In this document: positions 1 to 10,765 of the stretch, one piece after another
How positions within the stretch are numbered: the stretch's first letter is position 1
Layout of the letters: each line of letters begins with the position of its first letter
Source of the DNA: Escherichia coli
GTDB lineage: Bacteria; Pseudomonadota; Gammaproteobacteria; Enterobacterales; Enterobacteriaceae
Assembly: GCF_003334315.1 (NCBI RefSeq)
Contig: NZ_QOWR01000003.1
Strand: one strand, 5' to 3'
DNA length: 64,000 nucleotides
Notes under the pieces: model-generated
What the model was told of the DNA's origin: nothing
The model's input: the letters and a program-made list of their open reading frames with translations, nothing else
Database searches by the model: none
Translations under genes and position numbers: made by a program

Positions 1-77
1 ACACCTGCCGAACCCTGGACAATGGGACCGCCATACTGAGTCATATCTCCCTGACGCGCCGCTGGTTTTCCGCTCAT
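1..77 (-). CDS. rhsD: Rhs-family protein, 5' end only (runs off window start)
   Basis: Minus-strand ATG at 75-77 followed by codons for MSGKPAARQGDMTQYGGPIVQGSAGV, the conserved Rhs N-terminus; lies directly downstream of ybbP as in E. coli K-12. Confidence 0.7.
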   Translation of the reverse strand, partial: MSGKPAARQGDMTQYGGPIVQGSAG

Positions 78-508
78 ATAAAGTGCCCTTTTAGTTATTG
101 TTCATATCCCTGTGTTAGCAACAAAAAAAAAATAAAATGACACACAAGACCAGCTAATGTATTTATATATTTTTCACATAAACTTATTTGTTCTCAATCA
201 ACAACAACTGTTATTACAGGTCACTTTCAATATTTTATTAAACTAACATTTTTAGCACAGATGAATTCATCATCAACAAATTCACTATATGGATAATATC
301 CATTCAACGCATATGATTTATGATTTTATTAGTCTGAGTTATTTTTGTAGGGCTATATTTAAAATCAATAAACTCCACCGATTCAGATTAATATCAGCAA
401 TAGAAAGATAGGAAATCACCAATTCAATAACATCATCAATGAAACATATTGTAGAATTAATTTAAACAAGGCGTTCCATTCAACCAGAACGCCCCTTATT
501 TACTCTCA

Positions 509-2923
509 TCACCCCGCAAACTGCCTGAACAGCGCCTTACCCTTAACCAGTCGCGCACCCAGCCAGCCGCCGAAAAGCGACAGCAGCAGCGCTCCGCTGC
601 ACGGCAGAACAATCCACAATCGCCAGTCTGGCTCCCACGGAAAATCAAACACTTTCGCCTGCAACACTGCCAGCGCCGTTTCCGCACCAATTGCGGCCAC
701 CAGGCCGGAAACAAACCCAAGCATGGCGAACTCACACCACAACGTGGTACGCAGCAGTTTTTTCCCCGCACCGAGTGTGCGCCACACCACCAGCTCCTGA
801 TGACGCTGACGCATTCCCACCTGCACCTGTGCCAGCAACAGCAACATACCGCAGGCGGTGACCAGTACCACCATCACTTCCAGCGTCCGACTTACCTGCT
901 CCAGCACCTGACCGACCTGTTTTAAAATCGCGCCAATATCTAACAGGCTAATGGTCGGGAACTGGCGGTTGAGTTGTGTCAACATGCCGTTGCCATTCTC
1001 CCAGCGGAAACTGGTAAGCCAGCTCTGCGGTTGCCCGTCTAATGCCCCTTCAGGGAAAATAAAATAGAAATTAGGCCGCAGACTTTCCCAGTCCACTTTG
1101 CGCAGGCTGGTCACTTTAGCGCGGAACTCCTGGGTATCGCCCATAAAAGTCACGGTATCACCGAGGGCAACGTTTAAGCGTTTCGCCAGCCCCTCTTCCA
1201 TCGACACTTCATCGGCTTTTGGCGGCCAGTTACCGGCGACAATCGGATTATGATCGGGCCGCGTATTTTGCCAGGTAAGATTGAGTTCGCGGTTAAGCGC
1301 CTCATCTTCATTACCTTCTGTCGGCTTATCGTTAATCGCCGTCAGCCGCGCCCGCACCACCGGATAAAACGATTCCGGGACTATCTGATGTTCCGCGAGG
1401 AACGCTTTTAGCGGTGCTACCTGTTCTGTGGCGATGTTAATTAAAAAGTAGTTCGGGCTTTCTGGAGGTAGCTGCTGCTGCCAGCGGTCGAGCAGATCGC
1501 CACGCAACACCAGCAGCAGTGCCAGCAGCATAAAGGAGAGCGAAAATGCCGAAAGCTGACTTAACGTTGACCACGGCTGACGTAACAGGCGGCTAACCGC
1601 CAGGCGCAGAGGCAGCGATTTCAGCGTCATGCGGCGAAGTACATTCAGCAGCATCCAGCCCAGCACACCGCACAGCAAAGCCAGTACTACCGCGCCCGCC
1701 AGCACCGCCCAAAGCAGCATGCTGCCACCCATTAATCCGGCGAGCAGCAGCACAACCACCACACTGACAATCGGCAGATAAAACTTCAGCGGCCAGACGT
1801 TCGCTACCACATCATTACGTAATACGCGTAAAGGCTGCGTTGCCAGCAACAAGCGATATGGTCGTAGCCCCACCAGCAGCGAGATGACCGTCATGGTGCC
1901 AAGCGCCCACAGCCACGGCCAGAGGCTGGCTGGCGGTAGTGCAGCAGGCAGAACGGGCTTGAGCAGCACCATCAACACGTTTTCGAACAACAGGCCTATG
2001 GCCCCACCGGTAACGGCTGAAAGCGTCAGCACCATCAACCACTGACCGACGATTAGCTTACGCAGTTGCGCTCGCCCTGCCCCCAGCGTTTTGAGGATCG
2101 CCACCAGATCGTAGCGACTGCGACAGTAATGATTCATCGCTACCGCCACCGCTGCCACTGCCAGCAGCAAGGTCAGAAGCGCCGAAAGCAGCAGGAACTG
2201 TTGCGAGCGTTCCATCGATCGCCCCAGCGCGCCTTCGTCCTGTTCCAGACCGTACCAGCGTTGTTCGGGTTTAAGCTGAGGTAACAACCATTTCTCATAG
2301 CCGTCGAGCTGGTTCTCGTTGCCGCCGAATTTATAACGCCAGGTGACCCGACTCCCCGGCTGCACGGCTCCGGTTTTATCGACATCCGCCAGATTCATCA
2401 TCAGACGCGGAGCCATCTGGAAGGGGTTAAAACCGGAATCCGGTTCCTGAATCACTTCTCCGGCAATCCGCAAGGTGGCATCGCCCACGTCAATGGTGTC
2501 GCCCGTTTTCAGGTTAAGCAGTGCCATCAGGCGTGGGGCCAGCAATACGCTGCCCGCCTGCGGTTTCAGGCCAGGGGGATTAGTTTGCAGATCGCCATAC
2601 ATCGGGTAGATATCATCCACCGCTTTGACGTTCGCCAGCTGCGGTGTGTCGCCTGCAAAGGTCATTGTGGCGAAAGTCAGCTGCTTGCCGACTTTCAGGC
2701 CGCGCTTTTGCGCTTCCTCCAGCCACGCTTGCGGCACTTCGCGTGAACTGCGCAACGCCCGATCGCCCGCCATAAACTCACGGCTTTGCTGGCTTAAGCC
2801 CTTCTCCATGCGATCGCTGATATTGCCCAGCGCCAGCACGCAGGCCACCGCCAGGCTTAGCGCCAGCCAGACAATTAATAGCGACGGCGAACGCCATTCG
2901 CGCCAGAACCAACGTGCAATCAT
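509..2923 (-). CDS. ybbP: ABC transporter permease (FtsX-like)
   Basis: ORF track 804 aa, multi-TM protein; 4-nt overlap with upstream ybbA; length matches YbbP. Confidence 0.9.
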   Translation of the reverse strand: MIARWFWREWRSPSLLIVWLALSLAVACVLALGNISDRMEKGLSQQSREFMAGDRALRSSREVPQAWLEEAQKRGLKVGKQLTFATMTFAGDTPQLANVKAVDDIYPMYGDLQTNPPGLKPQAGSVLLAPRLMALLNLKTGDTIDVGDATLRIAGEVIQEPDSGFNPFQMAPRLMMNLADVDKTGAVQPGSRVTWRYKFGGNENQLDGYEKWLLPQLKPEQRWYGLEQDEGALGRSMERSQQFLLLSALLTLLLAVAAVAVAMNHYCRSRYDLVAILKTLGAGRAQLRKLIVGQWLMVLTLSAVTGGAIGLLFENVLMVLLKPVLPAALPPASLWPWLWALGTMTVISLLVGLRPYRLLLATQPLRVLRNDVVANVWPLKFYLPIVSVVVVLLLAGLMGGSMLLWAVLAGAVVLALLCGVLGWMLLNVLRRMTLKSLPLRLAVSRLLRQPWSTLSQLSAFSLSFMLLALLLVLRGDLLDRWQQQLPPESPNYFLINIATEQVAPLKAFLAEHQIVPESFYPVVRARLTAINDKPTEGNEDEALNRELNLTWQNTRPDHNPIVAGNWPPKADEVSMEEGLAKRLNVALGDTVTFMGDTQEFRAKVTSLRKVDWESLRPNFYFIFPEGALDGQPQSWLTSFRWENGNGMLTQLNRQFPTISLLDIGAILKQVGQVLEQVSRTLEVMVVLVTACGMLLLLAQVQVGMRQRHQELVVWRTLGAGKKLLRTTLWCEFAMLGFVSGLVAAIGAETALAVLQAKVFDFPWEPDWRLWIVLPCSGALLLSLFGGWLGARLVKGKALFRQFAG

Positions 2924-3606
2924 GCTTCCTCCTGCAACTGCCCGTTCACCAGCCGTAAGCAGCGGTCGCAGCGTGCCGCCAGTTGCAGGTCGTGGGTCAC
3001 CATAATCAACGTGGTGCCATGTTCACGGTTGAGGGAAAACAGCAGGTCGGCAATTTTATCGCCCGTCTGGCGGTCAAGGTTGCCGGTGGGTTCGTCGGCA
3101 AACAGCACATCAGGTCGACCATTAAAGGCTCGTGCCAGCGCCACTCGTTGCTGTTCACCGCCGGAAAGCTGTGCCGGAAGATGATCCAGACGTTTACCCA
3201 GCCCTAACTGTTCGAGCAACGCTTTCGCCCCGTTACGACTTTCCGCGCTACTCTCACCGCGCAGCAGAGCCGGAAGCTCGACGTTTTCCAGCGCGTTAAG
3301 GGTAGGAATTAACATAAATGACTGAAAAACAAAGCCGACGTGCTTCGCGCGCAACTTTGCCCGCGCTTCTTCGTCCATATTATGTAGCGGTTGTCCCACC
3401 AGACTCACTTCGCCACTGCTGCCGTCATCAAGCCCGGCGAGGATCGCCAGCAAGGTTGACTTACCCGATCCCGACTCGCCCACCAGTGCGATGGTCTCGC
3501 CACGTTTGACAACCAGCTCAACTCCGGTGAGGATGGAGAGTTCATGCTCCCCCTGACCGACGGACTTCTTAAGATGATGAACTTCAACAATGTTTTCCGC
3601 TGGCAT
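2920..3606 (-). CDS. ybbA: ABC transporter ATP-binding protein
   Basis: 228 aa; Walker A GESGSGKST and ABC signature LSGGEQQR visible in translation. Confidence 0.9.
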   Translation of the reverse strand: MPAENIVEVHHLKKSVGQGEHELSILTGVELVVKRGETIALVGESGSGKSTLLAILAGLDDGSSGEVSLVGQPLHNMDEEARAKLRAKHVGFVFQSFMLIPTLNALENVELPALLRGESSAESRNGAKALLEQLGLGKRLDHLPAQLSGGEQQRVALARAFNGRPDVLFADEPTGNLDRQTGDKIADLLFSLNREHGTTLIMVTHDLQLAARCDRCLRLVNGQLQEEA

Positions 3607-4200
3607 TTGCCCTTCCTGTTCCTGGTCCTGTTAACCTTCCGTGCCGCCGCAGCGGACACGTTATTGATTCTGGGTGATAGCCTGAGCGCCGGGTATCGAA
3701 TGTCTGCCAGCGCGGCCTGGCCTGCCTTGTTGAATGATAAGTGGCAGAGTAAAACGTCGGTAGTTAATGCCAGCATCAGCGGCGACACCTCGCAACAAGG
3801 ACTGGCGCGCCTTCCGGCTCTGCTGAAACAGCATCAGCCGCGTTGGGTGCTGGTTGAACTGGGCGGCAATGACGGTTTGCGTGGTTTTCAGCCACAGCAA
3901 ACCGAGCAAACGCTGCGCCAGATTTTGCAGGATGTCAAAGCCGCCAACGCTGAACCATTGTTAATGCAAATACGTCTGCCTGCAAACTATGGTCGCCGTT
4001 ATAATGAAGCCTTTAGCGCCATTTACCCCAAACTCGCCAAAGAGTTTGATGTTCCGCTGCTGCCCTTTTTTATGGAAGAGGTCTACCTCAAGCCACAATG
4101 GATGCAGGATGACGGTATTCATCCCAACCGCGACGCCCAGCCGTTTATTGCCGACTGGATGGCGAAGCAGTTGCAGCCTTTAGTAAATCATGACTCATAA
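3574..4200 (+). CDS. tesA: Acyl-CoA thioesterase I / lysophospholipase L1 (SGNH hydrolase)
   Basis: GDSLS motif and signal peptide in translation; start set at MMNFNN (ORF track starts 30 nt upstream at 3544). Confidence 0.85.
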   Translation: MMNFNNVFRWHLPFLFLVLLTFRAAAADTLLILGDSLSAGYRMSASAAWPALLNDKWQSKTSVVNASISGDTSQQGLARLPALLKQHQPRWVLVELGGNDGLRGFQPQQTEQTLRQILQDVKAANAEPLLMQIRLPANYGRRYNEAFSAIYPKLAKEFDVPLLPFFMEEVYLKPQWMQDDGIHPNRDAQPFIADWMAKQLQPLVNHDS

Positions 4201-4999
4201 AGCAACGGAGATCCTGACAGGTAAAGTTATGCAAAAATCGGTCTTAATTACCGGATGTTCCAGTGGAATTGGCCTGGAAAGCGCGCTCGAATTAAAACGC
4301 CAGGGTTTTCATGTGCTGGCAGGTTGCCGGAAACCGGATGATGTTGAGCGCATGAACAGCATGGGATTTACCGGCGTGTTGATCGATCTGGATTCACCAG
4401 AAAGTGTTGATCGCGCAGCCGACGAGGTGATCGCCCTGACCGATAATTGTCTGTATGGGATCTTTAACAATGCCGGATTCGGCATGTATGGCCCCCTTTC
4501 CACCATCAGCCGTGCGCAGATGGAACAGCAGTTTTCCGCCAACTTTTTCGGCGCACACCAGCTCACCATGCGCCTGTTACCCGCGATGTTACCGCACGGT
4601 GAAGGGCGTATTGTGATGACATCATCGGTGATGGGATTAATCTCCACGCCGGGTCGTGGCGCTTACGCGGCCAGTAAATATGCGCTGGAGGCGTGGTCAG
4701 ACGCACTGCGCATGGAGCTGCGCCACAGCGGAATTAAAGTCAGCCTGATCGAACCCGGTCCCATTCGTACTCGCTTCACCGACAACGTCAACCAGACGCA
4801 AAGTGATAAACCAGTCGAAAATCCCGGCATCGCCGCCCGCTTTACGTTGGGACCGGAAGCGGTGGTGGACAAAGTACGCCATGCTTTTATTAGCGAGAAG
4901 CCGAAGATGCGCTATCCGGTGACGCTGGTGACCTGGGCGGTAATGGTGCTTAAGCGCCTGCTGCCGGGGCGCGTGATGGACAAAATATTGCAGGGGTGA
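4190..4999 (+). CDS. ybbO: Short-chain dehydrogenase/reductase
   Basis: 269 aa; Rossmann motif TGCSSGIG; overlaps tesA stop. Confidence 0.85.
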   Translation: MTHKATEILTGKVMQKSVLITGCSSGIGLESALELKRQGFHVLAGCRKPDDVERMNSMGFTGVLIDLDSPESVDRAADEVIALTDNCLYGIFNNAGFGMYGPLSTISRAQMEQQFSANFFGAHQLTMRLLPAMLPHGEGRIVMTSSVMGLISTPGRGAYAASKYALEAWSDALRMELRHSGIKVSLIEPGPIRTRFTDNVNQTQSDKPVENPGIAARFTLGPEAVVDKVRHAFISEKPKMRYPVTLVTWAVMVLKRLLPGRVMDKILQG

Positions 5000-5017
5000 G
5001 TTGAAGCGCGCGCTTAA

Positions 5018-5914
<897 letters not shown>

Positions 5915-5976
5915 TATTCCGTTGATCGGCACATGAACCACAACGCCGGATGCGATGCTGCGCATCCGGCATCGCA

Positions 5977-6756
5977 TCATTTCTTCTTCAATTGCGTCAC
6001 CACCAACTGGTGGCGCGAATTATAAAACTTACGATAGGTTAAATAGCAGGCAATAATGGTCGACAAGCTGGCGGTTGAGAGCAGCATAAAGGTCACCATA
6101 ATCTGATATTTAATCGCCTTCACCGGATCAATCCCGGCAAATATCAGCCCGGACATCATTCCTGGTAAACTCACTAAGCCAACCGTTTTTGCTGAATCGA
6201 CCGTCGGAATTAAAGCCGCGCGAATACTGTCGCGAATCAATATCGCTGAAGCCTGCTTCGGCGTCGCACCAAGACTCAGTTTCTCCTGAATCTGTTGCTG
6301 TTCGCTAATGACCCGTTGCCCTAAATTGTTGTAACACAACCCCACCGCTACCATGGCGTTACCGGCAATCATCCCGGCGATAGGGATCACCTGCATCGGG
6401 ATAAATTCAATCGACCCTGAGAGAATCAGCACCGCCAGGGTAATTCCCGCCCCGACCGTAATGGCAATAAACGATGAGATAAAAGCTTTAGCAATATATT
6501 TACTGCGTTTTTGCGCGTTCCACGCCGCATTAAAGCAGATAAATAACACCATCAATAATGTCAGGCTGGCATCATCCACGCTGAAAATATACTTCAGCAC
6601 ATAGCCGACAATAATCAGCTGAATTATCGCTCGCCCGACGCTCCAGAGAATATCTTTCTCCAGCGCCAGTTTTTCTTTATGGCTAATTAAGATTGCCACC
6701 ACCACCAGCATTAATGCCAGTGCTAATGATTCGTTAGTAATATTATGCGAGTTCAT
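5977..6756 (-). CDS. fetB: Iron export ABC transporter permease
   Basis: Multi-TM protein; start trimmed to MNSHNITNESL (259 aa); 14-nt overlap with fetA. Confidence 0.8.
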   Translation of the reverse strand: MNSHNITNESLALALMLVVVAILISHKEKLALEKDILWSVGRAIIQLIIVGYVLKYIFSVDDASLTLLMVLFICFNAAWNAQKRSKYIAKAFISSFIAITVGAGITLAVLILSGSIEFIPMQVIPIAGMIAGNAMVAVGLCYNNLGQRVISEQQQIQEKLSLGATPKQASAILIRDSIRAALIPTVDSAKTVGLVSLPGMMSGLIFAGIDPVKAIKYQIMVTFMLLSTASLSTIIACYLTYRKFYNSRHQLVVTQLKKK

Positions 6757-7420
6757 AGCGTGCTTCCTGCATTTCTCCGGCATGCGGTTGCAGTGTAATC
6801 ACTTTATCCGCATGATTAATTTCGTCTTTATCGTGTGTCACCCACAGCACGGCAATATTTTGCTCGCGCACATAACGATGGATCATCTCATTGACGTTAT
6901 GTTTATTACTTTCATCCAGCGCACTGGTTATTTCATCCAGCAATAAAACCTTCGGCATAAATTGCAGGTTACGAATCAATGAGATGCGTTGTTTTTCACC
7001 ACCAGATAGCTCGGCGATATTCTTCGTCAAAATGCTGTCCGGCAAGGCGAAGCGTTCGAGAAAATCGAGAAAAATGGCTGGGTCAGGCTGCCGGTTACGG
7101 ATCTGCCAGGGAAAGATCAGATTATCGTATACCGTATCGCCAAACAGCGTCGGTGTCTGGGCGCAGTAAGAGACTTGTTGGCGGTAGATTTCTGGCTTTA
7201 GTGTGCTGACATCCTCACCTTCAAACAGTAACGTTCCGCTGGTTGGGCTGATCAATGAAGCAACTATTTTTAGCAGCGTACTTTTGCCACAACCAGAAGG
7301 ACCGGTAATTAACTTAAATTCGCCAGCACGCAGCGAAAAATTGATGTTATTAAGAATCTTCGCATCACCCGCCAGATATCCTACGTTTTGTAGCTGAAGC
7401 AAAGGACTATTTTCCTGCAT
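6743..7420 (-). CDS. fetA: Iron export ABC transporter ATP-binding protein
   Basis: 225 aa; Walker A GPSGCGKST, signature LSGGEKQR. Confidence 0.9.
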   Translation of the reverse strand: MQENSPLLQLQNVGYLAGDAKILNNINFSLRAGEFKLITGPSGCGKSTLLKIVASLISPTSGTLLFEGEDVSTLKPEIYRQQVSYCAQTPTLFGDTVYDNLIFPWQIRNRQPDPAIFLDFLERFALPDSILTKNIAELSGGEKQRISLIRNLQFMPKVLLLDEITSALDESNKHNVNEMIHRYVREQNIAVLWVTHDKDEINHADKVITLQPHAGEMQEARYELA

Positions 7421-7565
7421 CGCTGTTCCCTTTTTCTGATTTTTACTAAAAACAGTTTATCCTTCGCAGGAATAAGGGGGAACTCTCTTTCAGTAATCAG
7501 GTATAATTTGTTTAATCAAGCAGCAATTTTGCTGATTATGGACGGTACAACAGGAGGTTTTTCCG

Positions 7566-8483
7566 ATGCTTATCTTTATCCCGATTCTCATTTTTGTCGC
7601 GCTGGTCATTGTCGGCGCGGGTGTCAAAATCGTACCGCAGGGCTATCAGTGGACAGTAGAACGCTTTGGTCGCTATACCAAAACGTTACAGCCGGGGCTC
7701 AGTCTGGTGGTGCCGTTTATGGATCGCATTGGTCGCAAGATCAATATGATGGAGCAAGTGCTCGATATCCCTTCCCAGGAAGTTATCTCGAAAGATAACG
7801 CCAACGTTACCATCGACGCCGTGTGCTTTATTCAGGTGATTGACGCGCCGCGCGCGGCTTATGAAGTCAGCAATCTGGAGCTGGCGATCATCAACCTGAC
7901 CATGACTAACATCCGTACCGTGCTGGGTTCAATGGAACTTGACGAAATGCTCTCTCAGCGCGACAGCATCAACTCACGCCTGCTGCGTATTGTCGATGAA
8001 GCCACCAACCCGTGGGGGATTAAAGTCACCCGTATTGAAATTCGCGACGTGCGCCCACCGGCAGAGCTTATCTCTTCAATGAACGCGCAGATGAAAGCGG
8101 AACGTACCAAACGCGCTTACATTCTTGAAGCGGAAGGGATCCGTCAGGCGGAAATCCTCAAAGCCGAAGGTGAAAAACAGTCGCAAATCCTGAAAGCGGA
8201 AGGCGAACGTCAGTCGGCGTTTTTACAGGCTGAAGCGCGTGAACGTTCCGCCGAAGCAGAAGCCCGCGCCACCAAAATGGTGTCTGAAGCTATCGCCTCC
8301 GGTGATATTCAGGCGGTGAACTACTTCGTAGCGCAGAAATACACCGAAGCGTTACAGCAGATCGGTTCCTCCAGTAACAGCAAAGTAGTGATGATGCCAT
8401 TAGAGGCCAGCAGCCTGATGGGGTCGATTGCCGGGATTGCCGAGCTGGTGAAAGACAGCGCCAACAAACGGACTCAGCCATGA
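7566..8483 (+). CDS. qmcA: SPFH/band-7 membrane protein
   Basis: 305 aa, N-terminal TM helix then SPFH domain. Confidence 0.85.
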   Translation: MLIFIPILIFVALVIVGAGVKIVPQGYQWTVERFGRYTKTLQPGLSLVVPFMDRIGRKINMMEQVLDIPSQEVISKDNANVTIDAVCFIQVIDAPRAAYEVSNLELAIINLTMTNIRTVLGSMELDEMLSQRDSINSRLLRIVDEATNPWGIKVTRIEIRDVRPPAELISSMNAQMKAERTKRAYILEAEGIRQAEILKAEGEKQSQILKAEGERQSAFLQAEARERSAEAEARATKMVSEAIASGDIQAVNYFVAQKYTEALQQIGSSSNSKVVMMPLEASSLMGSIAGIAELVKDSANKRTQP

Positions 8484-8938
8484 TGGAGTTAATGGTCGTT
8501 CATCCACATATTTTCTGGCTCAGTCTCGGCGGTTTGCTGCTGGCAGCCGAGATTCTGGGCGGAAATGGTTATTTGTTGTGGAGCGGCGTGGCAGCGGTGA
8601 TTACCGGCCTGGTGGTCTGGCTGGTGCCGCTGGGTTGGGAGTGGCAAGGGGTAATGTTTGCCATCCTGACGCTGCTCGCCGCCTGGCTGTGGTGGAAATG
8701 GTTGTCGCGGCGGGTGCGCGAACAAAAGCACAGCGATAGTCATTTAAACCAGCGCGGGCAGCAGCTGATTGGCCGACGTTTTGTGCTGGAATCTCCGCTG
8801 GTCAACGGGCGCGGTCATATGCGCGTCGGTGACAGTTCATGGCCTGTCAGCGCCAGCGAGGATCTCGGTGCAGGTACGCATGTTGAAGTCATTGCGATAG
8901 AAGGGATAACCCTACATATCCGAGCCGTCTCGTCTTAA
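8480..8938 (+). CDS. ybbJ: NfeD-like inner membrane protein
   Basis: 152 aa; 4-nt overlap with qmcA stop, the usual SPFH/NfeD operon pairing. Confidence 0.85.
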   Translation: MMELMVVHPHIFWLSLGGLLLAAEILGGNGYLLWSGVAAVITGLVVWLVPLGWEWQGVMFAILTLLAAWLWWKWLSRRVREQKHSDSHLNQRGQQLIGRRFVLESPLVNGRGHMRVGDSSWPVSASEDLGAGTHVEVIAIEGITLHIRAVSS

Positions 8939-9346
8939 TCACCCTGCCCGATGATGACAGCAGCCGGAGAGATTTTCGATAATCGGGCAGTCGGCGCTGT
9001 CATCGCCAGGGCAGGCATTCGCCAGTGCCAGCAGCTGGTCGCGCATGGATTGCAGCTCCTCAATGTGTCGTTCGATCTCCGCCACCTTCTCCAGCGTGCG
9101 CCGTTTGACGTCGGCGCTGTGCCGCTGCGGGTCGTTAAACAGATTCACCAGCTCGCCGCTCTCTTCCAGGTTAAAGCCCACCTGCCGTGCCTGGCGCAGT
9201 AAGGTCAGTTCGTTGAGATGCTGCTGCGTGTAGGTGCGATAACCGTTTTCGCTGCGCATCGGCGGCGTCACCAGCCCCTTCTCTTCATAGAAGCGAATGG
9301 CTTTGCTGGTCAGGCCGGTAATTTTTGCTACATCGCTGATGTTCAT
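8939..9346 (-). CDS. cueR: MerR-family Cu(I)-responsive transcriptional regulator
   Basis: 135 aa; N-terminal MerR HTH, C-terminal metal-binding Cys pair (CPGDDSADC). Confidence 0.9.
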
Positions 9347-9470
9347 CGTTCGCGCAACGCCTCCTGTGCTTTGTTAAAGGGTTTCAACAGATATTCAAGC
9401 ACGTTTTTTTGCCAGTGCGAATATCGACCGCCACCACAATAATACAGGAAGTACTGCGCACAGAGAGATG

Positions 9471-10763
9471 TTATACGGTTTTATTGCGCTTCATGACCAT
9501 TGCCACAATAAGGCTGAGTAAGAGTGAGCCAATAATCCATATCAACGCACGGCTACCCTGGGACCACAGACTGTAGATAAAGCCAACGATCACCAACAAC
9601 ATCACCAACGTACCAACGATAAGAATCGGCAACGAGGCGTGAATATCATGACGCAGGCGGATCGCCACCACAAACACCGCCAGGTAGCAAATCAAAAAGG
9701 TGGCGCTGGCAACGCTGGCGAGTGAGCCTAAATTCAGTGCCGCCGTCATCAGCATAATCAACACCACGACAATAATGTTGCCCCAGGTACTCTGCCGCCA
9801 CAGGGATTTATTCATTAGCTTCGGCAGTTCGCGTTCGCTGCCCATGTTGTCCATGATGTTAAACACGGCGAACAGGTTCGCGTTAATGGCTGAAGCCGTC
9901 GCCAGTAAAGCGCCGATGACGACGATCACATAACCCACATGCCCGAGCAGCGGAGAAGCAGCCTGCGCTACGGCGGTATCGGCATATTTTTCTAACTCTA
10001 ATGCCGATACATCGCTAAGCAAAACCAGTGCCAGCGAGATATAAAGCAACGTGGTAACGCCAATCGCCACCAGAAACGCCCGTGGCATAATGACCTGCGG
10101 ATCTTTCACTTTATCCGCCGCGTTCGCCATCATGCCAAAGCCCGCATAGGCAAGGAAAGTTATCCCAATACAGGAGAAGAACGCACCGGAGCTGGGGGGC
10201 GCAGAGACGGAAATATGCGCCGGTTGCAGCGACCAGACACCGGCAATAATCAGCAATAACAGGATCATCATTTTAATGCCGACGAGGATCACTTCCAGCC
10301 GCCCTACCGCATGGTTGCTTAAGGAGTTGAAAAGCGTCATCACCGCAATGATCCCCAACGCGTAGAGCAAAATAAGGTGCTCCTCCTGGCTGCCTTCATG
10401 CAAAAACTGCACGGCATAAGCGCCAAAAGCACGGGCGACCATGGCGATGCTCACCGCCAGCGTCAACAGGTACAGTAACGAGAGCGCCAGCGAAAAGACG
10501 CCGTTGCCTAATCCGCGACGAAAGAAGTCGATAATGCCGCCATTGCTGGGATAGCTCGCCCCCAGACGCGCATAGGCATAACCGGAAAACATCGCCACAA
10601 TACCGCCAAAAGCAAAGGCGACCCAGGTCGAGGCTTCCATTAGCAATGCAGCCTGCCCCAGCAGCGCGAAGATCCCCGCCCCCACCATTGCCCCAATGCC
10701 GATGGAAACGACGTTCCATAGACCGAGAGGTTTGTTACCGTTATTACCTTCCGTGTTCATCAT
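9471..10763 (-). CDS. ybaT: APC-family amino acid transporter
   Basis: 430 aa polytopic membrane protein; adjacent to glutaminase gene. Confidence 0.85.
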   Translation of the reverse strand: MMNTEGNNGNKPLGLWNVVSIGIGAMVGAGIFALLGQAALLMEASTWVAFAFGGIVAMFSGYAYARLGASYPSNGGIIDFFRRGLGNGVFSLALSLLYLLTLAVSIAMVARAFGAYAVQFLHEGSQEEHLILLYALGIIAVMTLFNSLSNHAVGRLEVILVGIKMMILLLLIIAGVWSLQPAHISVSAPPSSGAFFSCIGITFLAYAGFGMMANAADKVKDPQVIMPRAFLVAIGVTTLLYISLALVLLSDVSALELEKYADTAVAQAASPLLGHVGYVIVVIGALLATASAINANLFAVFNIMDNMGSERELPKLMNKSLWRQSTWGNIIVVVLIMLMTAALNLGSLASVASATFLICYLAVFVVAIRLRHDIHASLPILIVGTLVMLLVIVGFIYSLWSQGSRALIWIIGSLLLSLIVAMVMKRNKTV

Positions 10764-10765
10764 GA

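Noticed and set aside
78-508. AT-rich block as a possible mobile-element remnant or integration site
   Set aside because: No flanking direct repeats, no integrase or transposase, and no tRNA. More simply explained as the upstream regulatory region of the Rhs element.
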